This document shows, piece after piece, positions 39,481 through 50,052 of a stretch of DNA of 64,000 bases. The DNA is from Chloroflexota bacterium. Its GTDB lineage: Bacteria > Chloroflexota > UBA11872 > VXOZ01. Made by a program: the position numbers and the translations under genes. The notes beneath the pieces were generated by a model. The model searched no databases. It saw only the letters and a program-made list of their open reading frames with translations, and was not told the origin of the DNA. The stretch spans positions 1,024,001 to 1,088,000 of the forward strand of contig OZ244922.1 of NCBI GenBank assembly GCA_965221905.1, read 5' to 3'. Each line of letters opens with the position of its first letter. Position 1 is the first letter of the stretch.

Positions 39481-41286
39481 CTAGCGGTACGAGGCTGCCT
39501 GGAGCCGGTAAAGTTCGGCATACTCGCCTTCGGCGGACAGCAGCGCGGCGTGCGACCCCTGCTCGACCAAGCGGCCCTCCCGCAGCACCAGAATCCGGTC
39601 CGCAATCTGGCATGACGCCAGACGGTGGGATATGAGAACTGCGGTGCGCTTTTGCGCCATGTCGGCAAAGTGCGCATAGACCGCTGCTTCCGCGTTGGCG
39701 TCAAGCGCCGATGCCGGCTCGTCCAGTATGAGAATCTCGGCGGGCCGAAAGTACGCCCGGGCGATCGCTAGCGTTTGCCACTGTCCTACCGACATTTCCG
39801 CGCCTTCATGGAATTCCTTGCCCAACGGCGTGTCGAGACCGAGTGGCATTGCTGCCGCTACCTCGTCGGCACCGCTGCGAGCGAGGACTGCTTCAAGGTG
39901 TATTCTATCGTTAGCCCCTTCCAGCCAGCCGAAGGTGATGTTCTCCTCTACTGTAGTTTGGTAACGCAAGAAAGACTGAAAGACTGTGCCAAACTTCCTG
40001 TACCAATCAGCGGGTGCAATGTCAGCAAGGTCAACTCCATCGACCAAAATACGGCCGGACGTCGGTCGGTACAGGCCCATCAGGAGCTTGACGAACGTGG
40101 TCTTGCCCGCGCCGTTTTCGCCCACGAGGGCGATTCGCTCACCAGGCCGGAACGAAAAGTTGAGGTCGGAGAGCGCCGGTCGGTCAGTGCCCGGATAGGT
40201 GAAAGAGACTTTCTCCAAAACGATGGCATTGGTCAGTGGCTGATTCAGTCGCCGGCCAGCCTTGAGATCAATACGCGGGTTATCTATCAGTTCGAAATAA
40301 TCCTGCAAATAGCGGAGATGGTTGTAGAGGAGGGATCTACCCCAAATGAAATCTGAATAGCTGATTTGAAAGCTCTCTATAGCTGCGAAGAGTGCAGCCG
40401 CGGTGCCGATGCTTATGTGACCGCTGACGAGCAGTCCCACGCTCAAACCGATCGCCGCTATGTGGACCACACCGTTCATGCCATCCGAGACTACGGTGCG
40501 CCTCGCTTGGTGCGCCGCAAGTTGCAGCCGCTCTTTGTGAAGACCCTGGCGGAGATCTCCAGCCTGATCGAGCAGCCAGCGCCCAAGACCAAATAGCCGG
40601 ACTTCAGCGGCTGCCTCCCGACCGGTCAGTAAGTTAGTGTATACCCCAAAGCGGCGTTCCCTCGGAGTCTGCGCACGCTCCATGACATACCGCCGGCGCA
40701 GAATACGCTCGCGCAGGAGCACGCCTGGGGTCGTCCCGATTGCCAGTAGCACCGGCAGCCCCCAGTGGAATTGTCCTAGGTAGATGAGCAGGGAAACCAG
40801 CGCTACCATGTCTGACAGACTTGTCGAAAGGAAAGACATGGTGTCGCCCAGACGTCCGACCGTTCTACGCCGCACTCGGTGCAATAGGTCGTAGTGCTCA
40901 TCGTGCTCGAACCACTCCAGGGGCATGGCTTGGGCCTGCTGGAGGCAGCGCTCCTCGACGTACATTCCCAAGACTTCCTGATGGTGGCGGTCAAGCACTT
41001 GCTTGCCGTAGGAAACTGCAGCTTGTAGTAGCGCGAGTAGAGCGAGGACTAGCCCCCAAGTGAGACCGGCGCTTAGCGGCGCGTTGCCTGCTACTACCTG
41101 CTCTGCCGTCTCGATGAGCCGGCGCAAGACGTGAACGTCTGCCACGACAAACAGACCCATGCCGGCGCTGAGAATGGACAGGATTATTGTGCCCTTGGCA
41201 TCGGCAGCCATGAGCATTCCCACCGTGCGCGGCAAGTACTGTAGGCGCTGCCAAGGCCGGCCGGTGTTGTCCTGTGGCGTGCTCAT
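39481..41286 (-). CDS. ABC exporter, fused permease/ATP-binding subunit
   Basis: TM region; GENGAGKTT, MSVGQWQ, LDEP and ISHR motifs. Confidence 0.92.
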   Translation of the reverse strand: MSTPQDNTGRPWQRLQYLPRTVGMLMAADAKGTIILSILSAGMGLFVVADVHVLRRLIETAEQVVAGNAPLSAGLTWGLVLALLALLQAAVSYGKQVLDRHHQEVLGMYVEERCLQQAQAMPLEWFEHDEHYDLLHRVRRRTVGRLGDTMSFLSTSLSDMVALVSLLIYLGQFHWGLPVLLAIGTTPGVLLRERILRRRYVMERAQTPRERRFGVYTNLLTGREAAAEVRLFGLGRWLLDQAGDLRQGLHKERLQLAAHQARRTVVSDGMNGVVHIAAIGLSVGLLVSGHISIGTAAALFAAIESFQISYSDFIWGRSLLYNHLRYLQDYFELIDNPRIDLKAGRRLNQPLTNAIVLEKVSFTYPGTDRPALSDLNFSFRPGERIALVGENGAGKTTFVKLLMGLYRPTSGRILVDGVDLADIAPADWYRKFGTVFQSFLRYQTTVEENITFGWLEGANDRIHLEAVLARSGADEVAAAMPLGLDTPLGKEFHEGAEMSVGQWQTLAIARAYFRPAEILILDEPASALDANAEAAVYAHFADMAQKRTAVLISHRLASCQIADRILVLREGRLVEQGSHAALLSAEGEYAELYRLQAASYR

Positions 41287-43226
41287 CAACTGCGCTCCGA
41301 GCTTGAAGGATTGGCATACCAACGGGCCTGCAGGCTGAACATCTGTGCGTACACGCCGTCCAGGCGCAACAGCGCGTCGTGGTCACCCTCCTCCACGATG
41401 CGGCCGTGGGCCAGCACGACGATCCGGTCCGCGAGCCGCGCCGCTCCCAGACGATGCGAGACCAGGATTGCGGTTCGTCCGGCGGCCACCCGGACAAACT
41501 GTCGGTAAAACTCGACCTCTGCCCGTGGGTCCAAGGAGGCAGTGGGTTCATCAAGAGCAACGATCTGGGCATCACGCAGATAAGCTCGCGCGAGTGCCAG
41601 CCGCTGCCATTGACCGGAGGAAAGCTCCATCCCGTCTGGCCACTCCTTGCCCAGGGGCGTTGCGTACCCTGCGGGGAGATCAGCAATGAACGCATCGGCG
41701 CCGCTTTGAGCCGCAGCAGCGGCGATGCGGGGATGAATGACGTCAGCGTCAGCGGCATCCTGCGTAAGCAACGATGAGTCGCCATAGGCGATATTCTCGC
41801 GCACCGTCGTGGGGTAGCGGACGAAGTCCTGGAAGATCGCCGTTGCTTCTTTCCGCCACGAGTCGGGATGAATTGAAGACAGGTCGGTTCCATCCACCGT
41901 AATAGTCCCGTGGGTAGGCCGGTAAAGGCCAAGGAGCAAACGCACTAGCGTCGTCTTGCCCGCGCCGTTCTCTCCCACGAGCGCAACTCGCTCACCGGGC
42001 TGAAGCGACAATTCGATATTTGAAAGAGCCGGTCGGTCTGCGCCCGGATAAGTAAAGCTCACCCCGTGAAAACGAATGGCCTCGCGAAGCGGTCGTTGCA
42101 GTGTTTGCGCGGCATCCTGCGGCGTGGTGGTCCGTGCACTGGATGCAGAGGTCTTTGCATGGAATGCAGAAGCCCGTGCATGGAATGCAGCAGTCTCTGC
42201 TTCAAGCGCGAGGAAGTCTCGCAGACACTCCGTATATTGTAGGTCCGAGTACACTTGCTGCAGAGCTGCGGAGATACTATCGGCGAGGTCGCGGAACCGG
42301 CTCAAGCCATACAAGAGCGCTACCAAGCTGCCCAGGCTGATGTTACCGGCGAGGGCGAGCAGCAAGACGAAGACAATGACCAGCGCTACCGCCTCTTGAG
42401 CGGCGATACTTGCCAGCCCCGGCAGAGCCATCTTGCGCTGGGCAGACACAATCTCCACGAGAAATCGTTTGAAGACATTGCGGCGACGGAGGAGAAGGTA
42501 GTCAGCGAGACCGGACAACTGCAGTTCGGGGACGGCTTCGCGGCTCGTAAGCAGGCGCGACCAGTAGCCCATCTCGCGCCGTCGAGGCGAATTCTGGTAG
42601 GAGACCTCTAGGAAATTGTGTTCCATGTAGGATTGCACCACGGACCGCAACCCCATTACAGCTACCAACGCGACTCCAATGAGCCAGTGGGCGCGGAAGT
42701 ATAGCGCCATCAACCCGGCAGCGCCGATCAGCGACGTTACCAGCCATGACACGTTTTCCAGGAAATAACTGAGATCACTCCCATCCTCTTTCCCGGCCAC
42801 CTCCAGCTTGGTGTAGTACTCTTCTCGCTCGAATGTACTTAGAGGGAGTGAGACGGCCTTCTCGCACACCATGTGCTGCACGGCAGCGCCGAGACGCAAT
42901 CCCGTTAACTGACTCAGATAGTCCCCAAGAGCGCCATCCAGGCTGCGGATGCCAAATGCCACAAGTAGCACCAGCAACCAGGGGATTATGGATAGCCAAA
43001 CGTTGGTCTGAGCGGCGCCTGAGCGCGGGAGAGCGTCGATGAGTTCGCTGAGAGCCCACACAATGAGAGGTGTGGTGATACCTGCGGCGAAGCTCTGCAC
43101 CGCGAGCAATGTGCCGGCTACGGGGACTTCCTTGAAGATAAGGGTGATGACATAGCCAATCCCTACGCTTGTGGCCCGCAGGCGAGCAACGGGCTCCCGA
43201 ATCCAGTAAGTATGAGGCGGAAACAT
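41286..43226 (-). CDS. ABC exporter, fused permease/ATP-binding subunit (likely heterodimer partner)
   Basis: TM region; GENGAGKTT, LSSGQWQ, LDEPT and VSHR motifs; TGATG overlap with the next gene; start uncertain. Confidence 0.92.
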   Translation of the reverse strand: MFPPHTYWIREPVARLRATSVGIGYVITLIFKEVPVAGTLLAVQSFAAGITTPLIVWALSELIDALPRSGAAQTNVWLSIIPWLLVLLVAFGIRSLDGALGDYLSQLTGLRLGAAVQHMVCEKAVSLPLSTFEREEYYTKLEVAGKEDGSDLSYFLENVSWLVTSLIGAAGLMALYFRAHWLIGVALVAVMGLRSVVQSYMEHNFLEVSYQNSPRRREMGYWSRLLTSREAVPELQLSGLADYLLLRRRNVFKRFLVEIVSAQRKMALPGLASIAAQEAVALVIVFVLLLALAGNISLGSLVALLYGLSRFRDLADSISAALQQVYSDLQYTECLRDFLALEAETAAFHARASAFHAKTSASSARTTTPQDAAQTLQRPLREAIRFHGVSFTYPGADRPALSNIELSLQPGERVALVGENGAGKTTLVRLLLGLYRPTHGTITVDGTDLSSIHPDSWRKEATAIFQDFVRYPTTVRENIAYGDSSLLTQDAADADVIHPRIAAAAAQSGADAFIADLPAGYATPLGKEWPDGMELSSGQWQRLALARAYLRDAQIVALDEPTASLDPRAEVEFYRQFVRVAAGRTAILVSHRLGAARLADRIVVLAHGRIVEEGDHDALLRLDGVYAQMFSLQARWYANPSSSERS

Positions 43227-43512
43227 GATGATTCCAGTGAGGATCGAACAAGAAGGACCTGTGGCTGAACTGTCTGTTTGGGTTTGGATAGCACAGCTTT
43301 TATTGCGTTTCCGCCAACCCGGCCCAATCATTGCGTGATGACTGACCCCGAGCTGGGGGAGTGTGTGCTACCCAATCAACGCAGCGGAGAACGTGCTGCG
43401 TAGAGGAGAAGTGCAAGGGCGCATTGCTGATTTGCTGGGCGACAGCCAGCGGCTGAGCAAGAGGCGCAGTGGCCTTGCTTTTCCTCTAACGGAAAGCCGA
43501 TCAGGTGGGGGG

Positions 43513-44967
43513 TTACTTGGGAACGATCACGTTGACACCAACCTCATAAGAAACCACGCCTTGTACATTCTCTGCAGTAGTGAGCAGGAAGGCGCGCGTC
43601 TCTCCTGGGAAGAGATTGCTTACCTGGCCGGTTGCCATGCCGAGGACACCGCCCGCGGCATCGAGAAATTCGCCGCCGAGGAAGAGGCTGTAGGGACGGT
43701 TGCCGTTATTCGTCACTGTGCCGCGCAACACGTGAAAACCGCCTTCTACCGCGTACTGAGCAGTGCTAAAGCTGATCGAGCGCTCATACTCCCCGCCCCC
43801 AACCAACGTGCCGGTAAAGCGGAGTTCCAACGCTGCGGGCTCGGCGAAAGGATCGCTGGAAAGGAGACGTACCGCGCGTGTGTATCCCGGCAGCAGTGCA
43901 ACGACGTCGCCACTGGCATGGCCGATGACTTCGCCACCGGCGTCGATCACGAGTACATCTATAGCGCTTGACACACTAAGATTAGCATCGTTGCGCAAGC
44001 GCAAGTAGACACGTAAGTTGCCGTGGGGCGATGAGATTACTGCCGGCGGGCCCACGATGGACAACTGATCAGCGACGCTATCGGCAAGAATACGCTCCAC
44101 GGGAAGACCCGGCGCAGTAACCGGCGGTGGCGGAGGTGGTGGAGGCGGAGTCTGCTGTCCCGCGGGTGGGAGTGTGGCACTGGGCGGGGCAGTGTCCAAG
44201 CTGGCTGCAGCGGCGTCTAAAGGGGTAGTGGCCGGTTCCGGAATGAGGCCGGACTCTTTCGTAATATCTCCACCGAGCACTACCGTGACGTCCCCCACAT
44301 TGGCCCAGGGCACCTTTACTTTCCAGTATTGCAGGGCAACGCGCTGGGCGCGCATGACGATCATCGGCCCAAAGTCTTGAATGGCCAATGGCAGGCCGGA
44401 GAGTTGCAGCCAGTTGGGGTTACTAAGAAAACGCTCTTGCAGCGCGGCACGCGCCGCCGCTAGCTCCGGCGTGTCACCGGGCTGGGCCTCGAAGATGCGG
44501 GTGAGATGACTTTGGATCGTCCCCTCCCAATCGTTGATAGGATCGTCTGCCGACCAGTCGAAGCTCTGGGGAATCTGCCGGAAGGCTTCGAGCCAGCCGT
44601 CATAGTTTGCATCGTGGAGCAGGTCGAACGTGTTTGCGATGTTCATGCTGCTATTCGCCGAATCCCACTGTAATAGGGCTTTCTGCGTAGCCTGATAGAC
44701 AAAGCCGTTTAGAATGAAACGCCCTGAAACCGGATATCCCAACTCCGGCACACCACCAAGCTGCTGAAAGCCGGACCAAAAGGCAATGCCGCCATTGTCC
44801 GTGATGGCATAGCCCCTGCCGGTGTCGCTGCCGGTCTGGGTATAGTACCACCCGTTGTTTACGGCGAAGTCGGGCTCGTCGATTGCCTGCGCCGCGAGCG
44901 CGGAGGAAGACCACAGGAGGAGCAGGAGTGTAATGCTGCTGAAAAGGCGTGCGTATTGCTTTTGCAT
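43513..44967 (-). CDS. secreted protein with Chloroflexota-type GGxxxxGYPxS cell-surface domain and two C-terminal FxLYD-like domains
   Basis: Signal peptide ending ALA-AQA; FWSGFQQLGGVPELGYPVS; Pro-rich linker; LRND...IDAGGEVIG...LLPG and VTNNG...FLDAAGGVLG...LFPGETRAF. Confidence 0.75.
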   Translation of the reverse strand: MQKQYARLFSSITLLLLLWSSSALAAQAIDEPDFAVNNGWYYTQTGSDTGRGYAITDNGGIAFWSGFQQLGGVPELGYPVSGRFILNGFVYQATQKALLQWDSANSSMNIANTFDLLHDANYDGWLEAFRQIPQSFDWSADDPINDWEGTIQSHLTRIFEAQPGDTPELAAARAALQERFLSNPNWLQLSGLPLAIQDFGPMIVMRAQRVALQYWKVKVPWANVGDVTVVLGGDITKESGLIPEPATTPLDAAAASLDTAPPSATLPPAGQQTPPPPPPPPPVTAPGLPVERILADSVADQLSIVGPPAVISSPHGNLRVYLRLRNDANLSVSSAIDVLVIDAGGEVIGHASGDVVALLPGYTRAVRLLSSDPFAEPAALELRFTGTLVGGGEYERSISFSTAQYAVEGGFHVLRGTVTNNGNRPYSLFLGGEFLDAAGGVLGMATGQVSNLFPGETRAFLLTTAENVQGVVSYEVGVNVIVPK

Positions 44968-45334
44968 GTCGTTGATTTGGTACAGTGTTAATAGTATTAA
45001 TCTCTATCGTAGCGGAAGTCGCAAAAGCTGACAACGCAGTGTGCTACGCACGATTACGAGAGTCGGAAGTCTCTTGGCAGCGAAGAGACATTGCAGAGTG
45101 ACTTCAGAGGCATTGCTTGCCGCCGAGAGTCCGGGTGTGCGGCAGCCCATCGACGAGAGACGTAGCCTATTGCTGAGTAGGTGGTTTCTTGGGTTGGATC
45201 GCTTGCTTCCGTTTGGTAAGAAATGGGCGTGCCGCAGGCGGACGCGAAGAGCAGAATGAATAACTTACAACATGCCGGTTAAGTTCGGCTTGGCCAAAGA
45301 TTGAATAGCTTGAACAACGAATCTGGGAGGATAC

Positions 45335-46051
45335 ATGGGCCGTGTACCGCGAGCGTGGATGAAGCCGCTCGATAAAGATTACAAAGCGAAGCCGCTACCG
45401 GAGCGCAAGCGGCGGCCCTGGCAGGAGACTGCTTGGGGCCGCGTGGCGATGGTCCCAATCCGCCGCCTCGACCCTTACGTGCGCTGGTCGGAGCTTGTAG
45501 ATCGCATGGTGCACGGCGTGATGTTGAATACCGATGTCTTCAAAGAAGTGCATGAGGACGATTCGGCGAACCTGCAAGCGCTCACAGTGGTCTTGATCGT
45601 CGCCGTGGTGCAGAACATCAGCCTGTTCCTCGTAGGTTTGTTCTGGTTCGGATTCTTTGGCTCTGTCGTTTTTGTCGCCAGGGCGATGGGCGACGCGATG
45701 GTGTCCTGGGTCATTTGGCTGCTTGTAGCGTATGGGCTGTGTAAAGTGCTTTTCCGCAGCCGGGCAGGTCTTATGCAGGTGTTTCGCACCCTTGCCTATG
45801 CATACGTGCCTGCTATCTTCTTGTTTTTTCAGGTAATCCCGCTATATGGCGTCACACTTGCCGCACTGACCTACTTAGCACTGATCGAATACGGCGTATT
45901 GGCGCTGCGTCCGGCGCTGAGAGGGTCGATCGCCAAGGCACTCCTTGCCAGTTTCATTGGCTGGACCGGCTTGCTGGTCGTGAGCCTAATTCTCAGCGAA
46001 AGCCAGCTTTTCAGTCTGATCCAGGAGTGGATCGCAGAGCAGTGGTTTTGA
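45335..46051 (+). CDS. Yip1-like membrane protein
   Basis: GGAGG RBS; about five TM helices; FRTLAYAYVP. Confidence 0.7.
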   Translation: MGRVPRAWMKPLDKDYKAKPLPERKRRPWQETAWGRVAMVPIRRLDPYVRWSELVDRMVHGVMLNTDVFKEVHEDDSANLQALTVVLIVAVVQNISLFLVGLFWFGFFGSVVFVARAMGDAMVSWVIWLLVAYGLCKVLFRSRAGLMQVFRTLAYAYVPAIFLFFQVIPLYGVTLAALTYLALIEYGVLALRPALRGSIAKALLASFIGWTGLLVVSLILSESQLFSLIQEWIAEQWF

Positions 46052-46232
46052 GTAAAGGATCTTGGGTTTCTGCCTGCGACCGAATTTTCACATTGGCATA
46101 GGTCTCTTGAGAAGAGGCGACCGGCGCCTTTCCCCCACTCCTACTGCCTGCGTGCCCCGGTTATGCTCGGCCCAATGCCTCATGCATGCAGTCGTTCCCC
46201 GGCGGCACGCATAGAAACTTTACGAGCATTGG

Positions 46233-47393
46233 CTATGTCGGATGCGGGCGTGTGAAAGCAGTTTGGGGAGACAGTTCAACTCCCCAGCCCGGTGCTTCCG
46301 TCAGTAGTACTTCACCACTCTCAGGGAGCGGTTCGCCTGTAAAGAATGGATGGATGGGTGCGATCTCCGTGCCGTCGCCGCTGCCAAAGATGAATTCGGC
46401 CATGGGGCACACGGCGTGCGCCGTGACGAAGGCATAGCTCATCACGCCGCCGATGTGGGGGATCACTTGCAGGCCGTGGGTCTCCGCCATTGCAGCCACG
46501 CGCCGCGCCGCGGTGATGCCGCCGCACCAGGCGAGGTCGGGTTGCAGAATGTCTGCGCAGCCGCGTTGGATGAGGTCGTGGAAACCGAAATGGGTGTATT
46601 CGTGTTCGCCGCAGGCAATGTGCAGCCAAGGCAGGCGCTTGCGTAGGGTAGCATAGCCGCCATAGTCATCCGGGAGCAGCGGCTCTTCCAGCCAATAGAT
46701 GTCGTATTCACGCAGGCGTTCGGCCATGGCAGTGGCATACGGCACGTCCCAGCCCATCCAAGCGTCGACCATGAGAAGCCTGTCCGGTCCGAGCGCGTCG
46801 CGGGCCGCGGCAACCTGCGCTTCGTTCTGCCGCATGCCCTCGGCGCCGTCCCACGGCCCATACCGCATGAAGACTTTATTGCGAGTGAACCCCAGACTAG
46901 TGTATGCCTCCGTGCGGTTGCCGCTGGCATAAACTGCTACGCGCGGTGGCTGAGTCCCGGAGCCCTTCGTCTTGCCTCCAAGTAGCACGTAGACCGGTAC
47001 GCCTGCTGCCCTGCCTTTGATGTCCCACAGCGCGTTGTCTATGGCGCTGAGTGCCATGATGGGCAGTCCCTTGCGCCCGTAAGGAAGCGTGGCACGGAAC
47101 ATGAGGTCCCAGAGCAGTTCAGTGTCTCGGGGATCTCGGCCGACGAGCAAAGACTTGAGATGGTGCTCGATGATGTGACAACTGGGCGCGCCGCCGCCAC
47201 CCACGCCGATACCCACAATGCCGTCATCGGTAGTGACCCGAGCGATAGTGCGCGGCACCATGCCCTGCCAGGAACTGCGCGTTTCGGCGTATTCCGGATA
47301 AGGCGACATGGGGCTTGCCATGCGCTCTGCCACAAGCCAGCTAGGGCGCTTGGGGGCTTCCGGCAAAAGAGCTTCGATGTCGACGATTTTCAT
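46233..47393 (-). CDS. L-rhamnonate dehydratase-like enolase-superfamily enzyme (paralogue 2)
   Basis: ASPMSPYPEY, YGRKGL, DNALWD, MVDAW, WLEEP, GEHE and QPD motifs. Confidence 0.88.
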   Translation of the reverse strand: MKIVDIEALLPEAPKRPSWLVAERMASPMSPYPEYAETRSSWQGMVPRTIARVTTDDGIVGIGVGGGGAPSCHIIEHHLKSLLVGRDPRDTELLWDLMFRATLPYGRKGLPIMALSAIDNALWDIKGRAAGVPVYVLLGGKTKGSGTQPPRVAVYASGNRTEAYTSLGFTRNKVFMRYGPWDGAEGMRQNEAQVAAARDALGPDRLLMVDAWMGWDVPYATAMAERLREYDIYWLEEPLLPDDYGGYATLRKRLPWLHIACGEHEYTHFGFHDLIQRGCADILQPDLAWCGGITAARRVAAMAETHGLQVIPHIGGVMSYAFVTAHAVCPMAEFIFGSGDGTEIAPIHPFFTGEPLPESGEVLLTEAPGWGVELSPQTAFTRPHPT

Positions 47394-47619
47394 GGCGCTC
47401 TCTTCGCTACACATGAATCCTTGCATGAGTGCGTCATTCCGGCGAAAACCGGAATCCAGGGGGTTTGCGGCACCTTTCCAGCGCCCCCCGGCTCCCCATC
47501 GCGGCCTCACCGCCATCAAGAGGGATGGCGTTTCGCAATGGACTCTACACCGGAGTCATCACGAACCTTTAGATTCGCCAGTTACGCCCACAGTCGCAGC
47601 CTGCACAACCCTACCGTCA

Positions 47620-48819
47620 TTACTCTCCCGTTCCCAGACCCGCAGAGCCGGGCGCAGCATCTGCATTGCTTTCAGAGGTCGGATGTGGGCGTTCCAGTGT
47701 AACTTCCGGCGCAATCTCGTAACCCCAACCGGGCGCTTCAGGTGGGCGTACCCGGCCGTTTTCCGGCAGCGGCTCTCCTCTGAAGAAGGGCTGCACCGGC
47801 ACCAGCTCGCTGCCGTCACCCGCGCGGAAGATGAACTCAACCAATGGCGCATTGGCATGGGCGAGGCAAAAGTGATAGCTGGCCGTAGCGCCCACGTGAG
47901 GAATGACGTCGATGCCGTGGGTCTCTGCCATTTTCGCCACGCGGTGGGCTTCGGTGATGCCGCCGCACCAGGCGAGATCGGGCTGCAGAATGTCGGCGCA
48001 GCCGCGTTGGATGAGCTCGTGGAAGCCAAAGCGCGTGTATTCGTGCTCCCCGGTGGTGATGCGCGTCCAGGAGATGCGGCGGCGCAATTCGGCGTAGCCG
48101 TCGTAATCATCGGGCGGAAGCGCTTCCTCGATCCAATACACGTTGTACGGGCGCAAGCGCTCGGCCATTCGGAGCGTGTAGGTAACGTCCCAGGCCATGT
48201 AGCAGTCGAGCATCAGCAGCATGTCGGGACCGAGCGCCTCGCGCGCATCGGCCACGTGTTTTTCGTTCAGCTTCATGCCCTCCACGCCGTCCCATGGGCC
48301 GTAGGGCATGGCGACTTTGTTGCCCACGAAGCCTAACGACGCATAGACTGCCGACTGGTTGCCGGTGGCGTAGACTGGAATCGCGGGTTTGGTAGCGCCG
48401 CCCAAGAGTTTATAGACAGGCTGTCCGGCGGCCTTGCCTTTGATGTCCCACAAGGCGTTATCAATGCCGCTGATGGCCATGATCGGCAACCCCTTACGGC
48501 CGTATGGCAGCGAAGCGCGGAACATCTGGTCCCAGAGGCGCTCCGTGTCGCGAGGGTCTTGGCCCACGAGCAAGCGCTTGAGGTGCTGCTCCACGATGAA
48601 GCAACCCGGGTTGCCGCCGCCGCCCAGGCCAAGACCTTCCAGCCCGTCATCGGTCTTGACGCGCACGATGATTGGCCCCAGCGGTCCCATCCAGAGCGCC
48701 CGGCGCTCGCCATACTCCGGATAGCGCGACATGGGATTGGCCACCCGAATGTGGGAGAGCCAACTGGGCGGCTCCGGCGGCAAGTGGGGAATGAAGGCTT
48801 CAACGTCAATGATCTTCAC
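47620..48819 (-). CDS. L-rhamnonate dehydratase-like enolase-superfamily enzyme (paralogue 1)
   Basis: ANPMSRYPEY, YGRKGL, MLDCYM, WIEE, GEHE and QPD motifs. Confidence 0.9.
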   Translation of the reverse strand: MKIIDVEAFIPHLPPEPPSWLSHIRVANPMSRYPEYGERRALWMGPLGPIIVRVKTDDGLEGLGLGGGGNPGCFIVEQHLKRLLVGQDPRDTERLWDQMFRASLPYGRKGLPIMAISGIDNALWDIKGKAAGQPVYKLLGGATKPAIPVYATGNQSAVYASLGFVGNKVAMPYGPWDGVEGMKLNEKHVADAREALGPDMLLMLDCYMAWDVTYTLRMAERLRPYNVYWIEEALPPDDYDGYAELRRRISWTRITTGEHEYTRFGFHELIQRGCADILQPDLAWCGGITEAHRVAKMAETHGIDVIPHVGATASYHFCLAHANAPLVEFIFRAGDGSELVPVQPFFRGEPLPENGRVRPPEAPGWGYEIAPEVTLERPHPTSESNADAAPGSAGLGTGE

Positions 48820-49007
48820 GGGATCGCACCTCTGTTCGTTGCGTATAGGACGCCGGTCAGTAACATGGGTTTTGGCCTGTGGTAGTGTCTATGATAACCG
48901 GCTGGACCGGCATGTGTCAGCGCGTGACTTGGGATGGGAGGCAAATCCTGGCCGGACAGCAGACAGACGCGAGTGATAGAGGACCAGGTCGCCGCCACAC
49001 GTTTCGT

Positions 49008-49706
49008 GTGAAACGCGGAGGCGTCGTACTCTATCTGCTCGCGCTGGTGGTCACGACGGCGCTGCTCGTGCGGTTTCTTTACCTGGATGGGCGGCCGTGG
49101 TACGGGAACTGGCCGGCGGTTATCCTATCGGCGCTCTTCTTTTCGCTCTTCGTCGTGGGATTTCTCGTGGCGCTGCCGCGCCGCGACTGGCGGCAGGCGG
49201 CGTTGGGCCCGGCATTTCTCATTGCGCTCTTCACCGAGATGTTCGGCATTCCCTTAACCATCTACCTGCTGAGTAGCGTCTTCGGCTTCTCTATCGGGCT
49301 GGACGGCAGCGAGGGACATCTCTGGGCGGTATTGCTTGACCGGCTGGGCTGGGTGCGATTGAGCGTGGGAGTGCCAGTGCTGAAGTTGGGCGGCAGCGCA
49401 GTGGTCGTGGCGGGGTTGGTGCTGATGGGCTGGGGCTGGTGGCACGTGTACCGCGCCCAAGGCGGGTTGGTGACCCATGGCCTCTACCGTCACGTGCGCC
49501 ATCCGCAATACGTGGGCTTTGTGCTGGTTATGGTCGGTTTTCTCATCCAGTGGCCGACGCTCATTACGCTGCTGATGTTCCCCATCCTGCTGGCAGCCTA
49601 CGTGCGCCTGGCAGCGGCGGAAGACAGCTATCTCGCACAAACGCACAGTGATGCGTTCCGCGGGTACAAAGAGACCGTGCCCGGCTGGCTGCCGCGACTG
49701 TGGTGA
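49008..49706 (+). CDS. isoprenylcysteine carboxyl methyltransferase family membrane protein
   Basis: ALFTEMFGIPLTIY and GLYRHVRHPQY motifs; start uncertain (ORF extends to 48879). Confidence 0.85.
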   Translation: MKRGGVVLYLLALVVTTALLVRFLYLDGRPWYGNWPAVILSALFFSLFVVGFLVALPRRDWRQAALGPAFLIALFTEMFGIPLTIYLLSSVFGFSIGLDGSEGHLWAVLLDRLGWVRLSVGVPVLKLGGSAVVVAGLVLMGWGWWHVYRAQGGLVTHGLYRHVRHPQYVGFVLVMVGFLIQWPTLITLLMFPILLAAYVRLAAAEDSYLAQTHSDAFRGYKETVPGWLPRLW

Positions 49707-50052
49707 AGGAGTTTCTGCCATTACATTGACAACGCTGACGGTTTCACAGAGGCGTTATAGCACACTATCATCCGCTGGCGGCTGACTGTGCTCTGCAGGC
49801 TTCTGTATCTTCTAGGGAAGAGCGTTGCGAGCGATGCTCGTCAAGAACCGTTCGTACTGAGCCTGTCGAAGTATGAACGGGTCCTGGGGTCCAATCCGAT
49901 AGATGTAGGAGCGTTACCAGTTCAATTTGGCGGCCTCTTTGCAAAAGGAATGACAGGATCGTTACTAGCCGATCATGCAAGTTGCTCAGACATCTGCGGA
50001 TTTGGTAAACGAACGGGTAGAGTGGGTACAGCTTAGGATGCGCGTCATTCTC

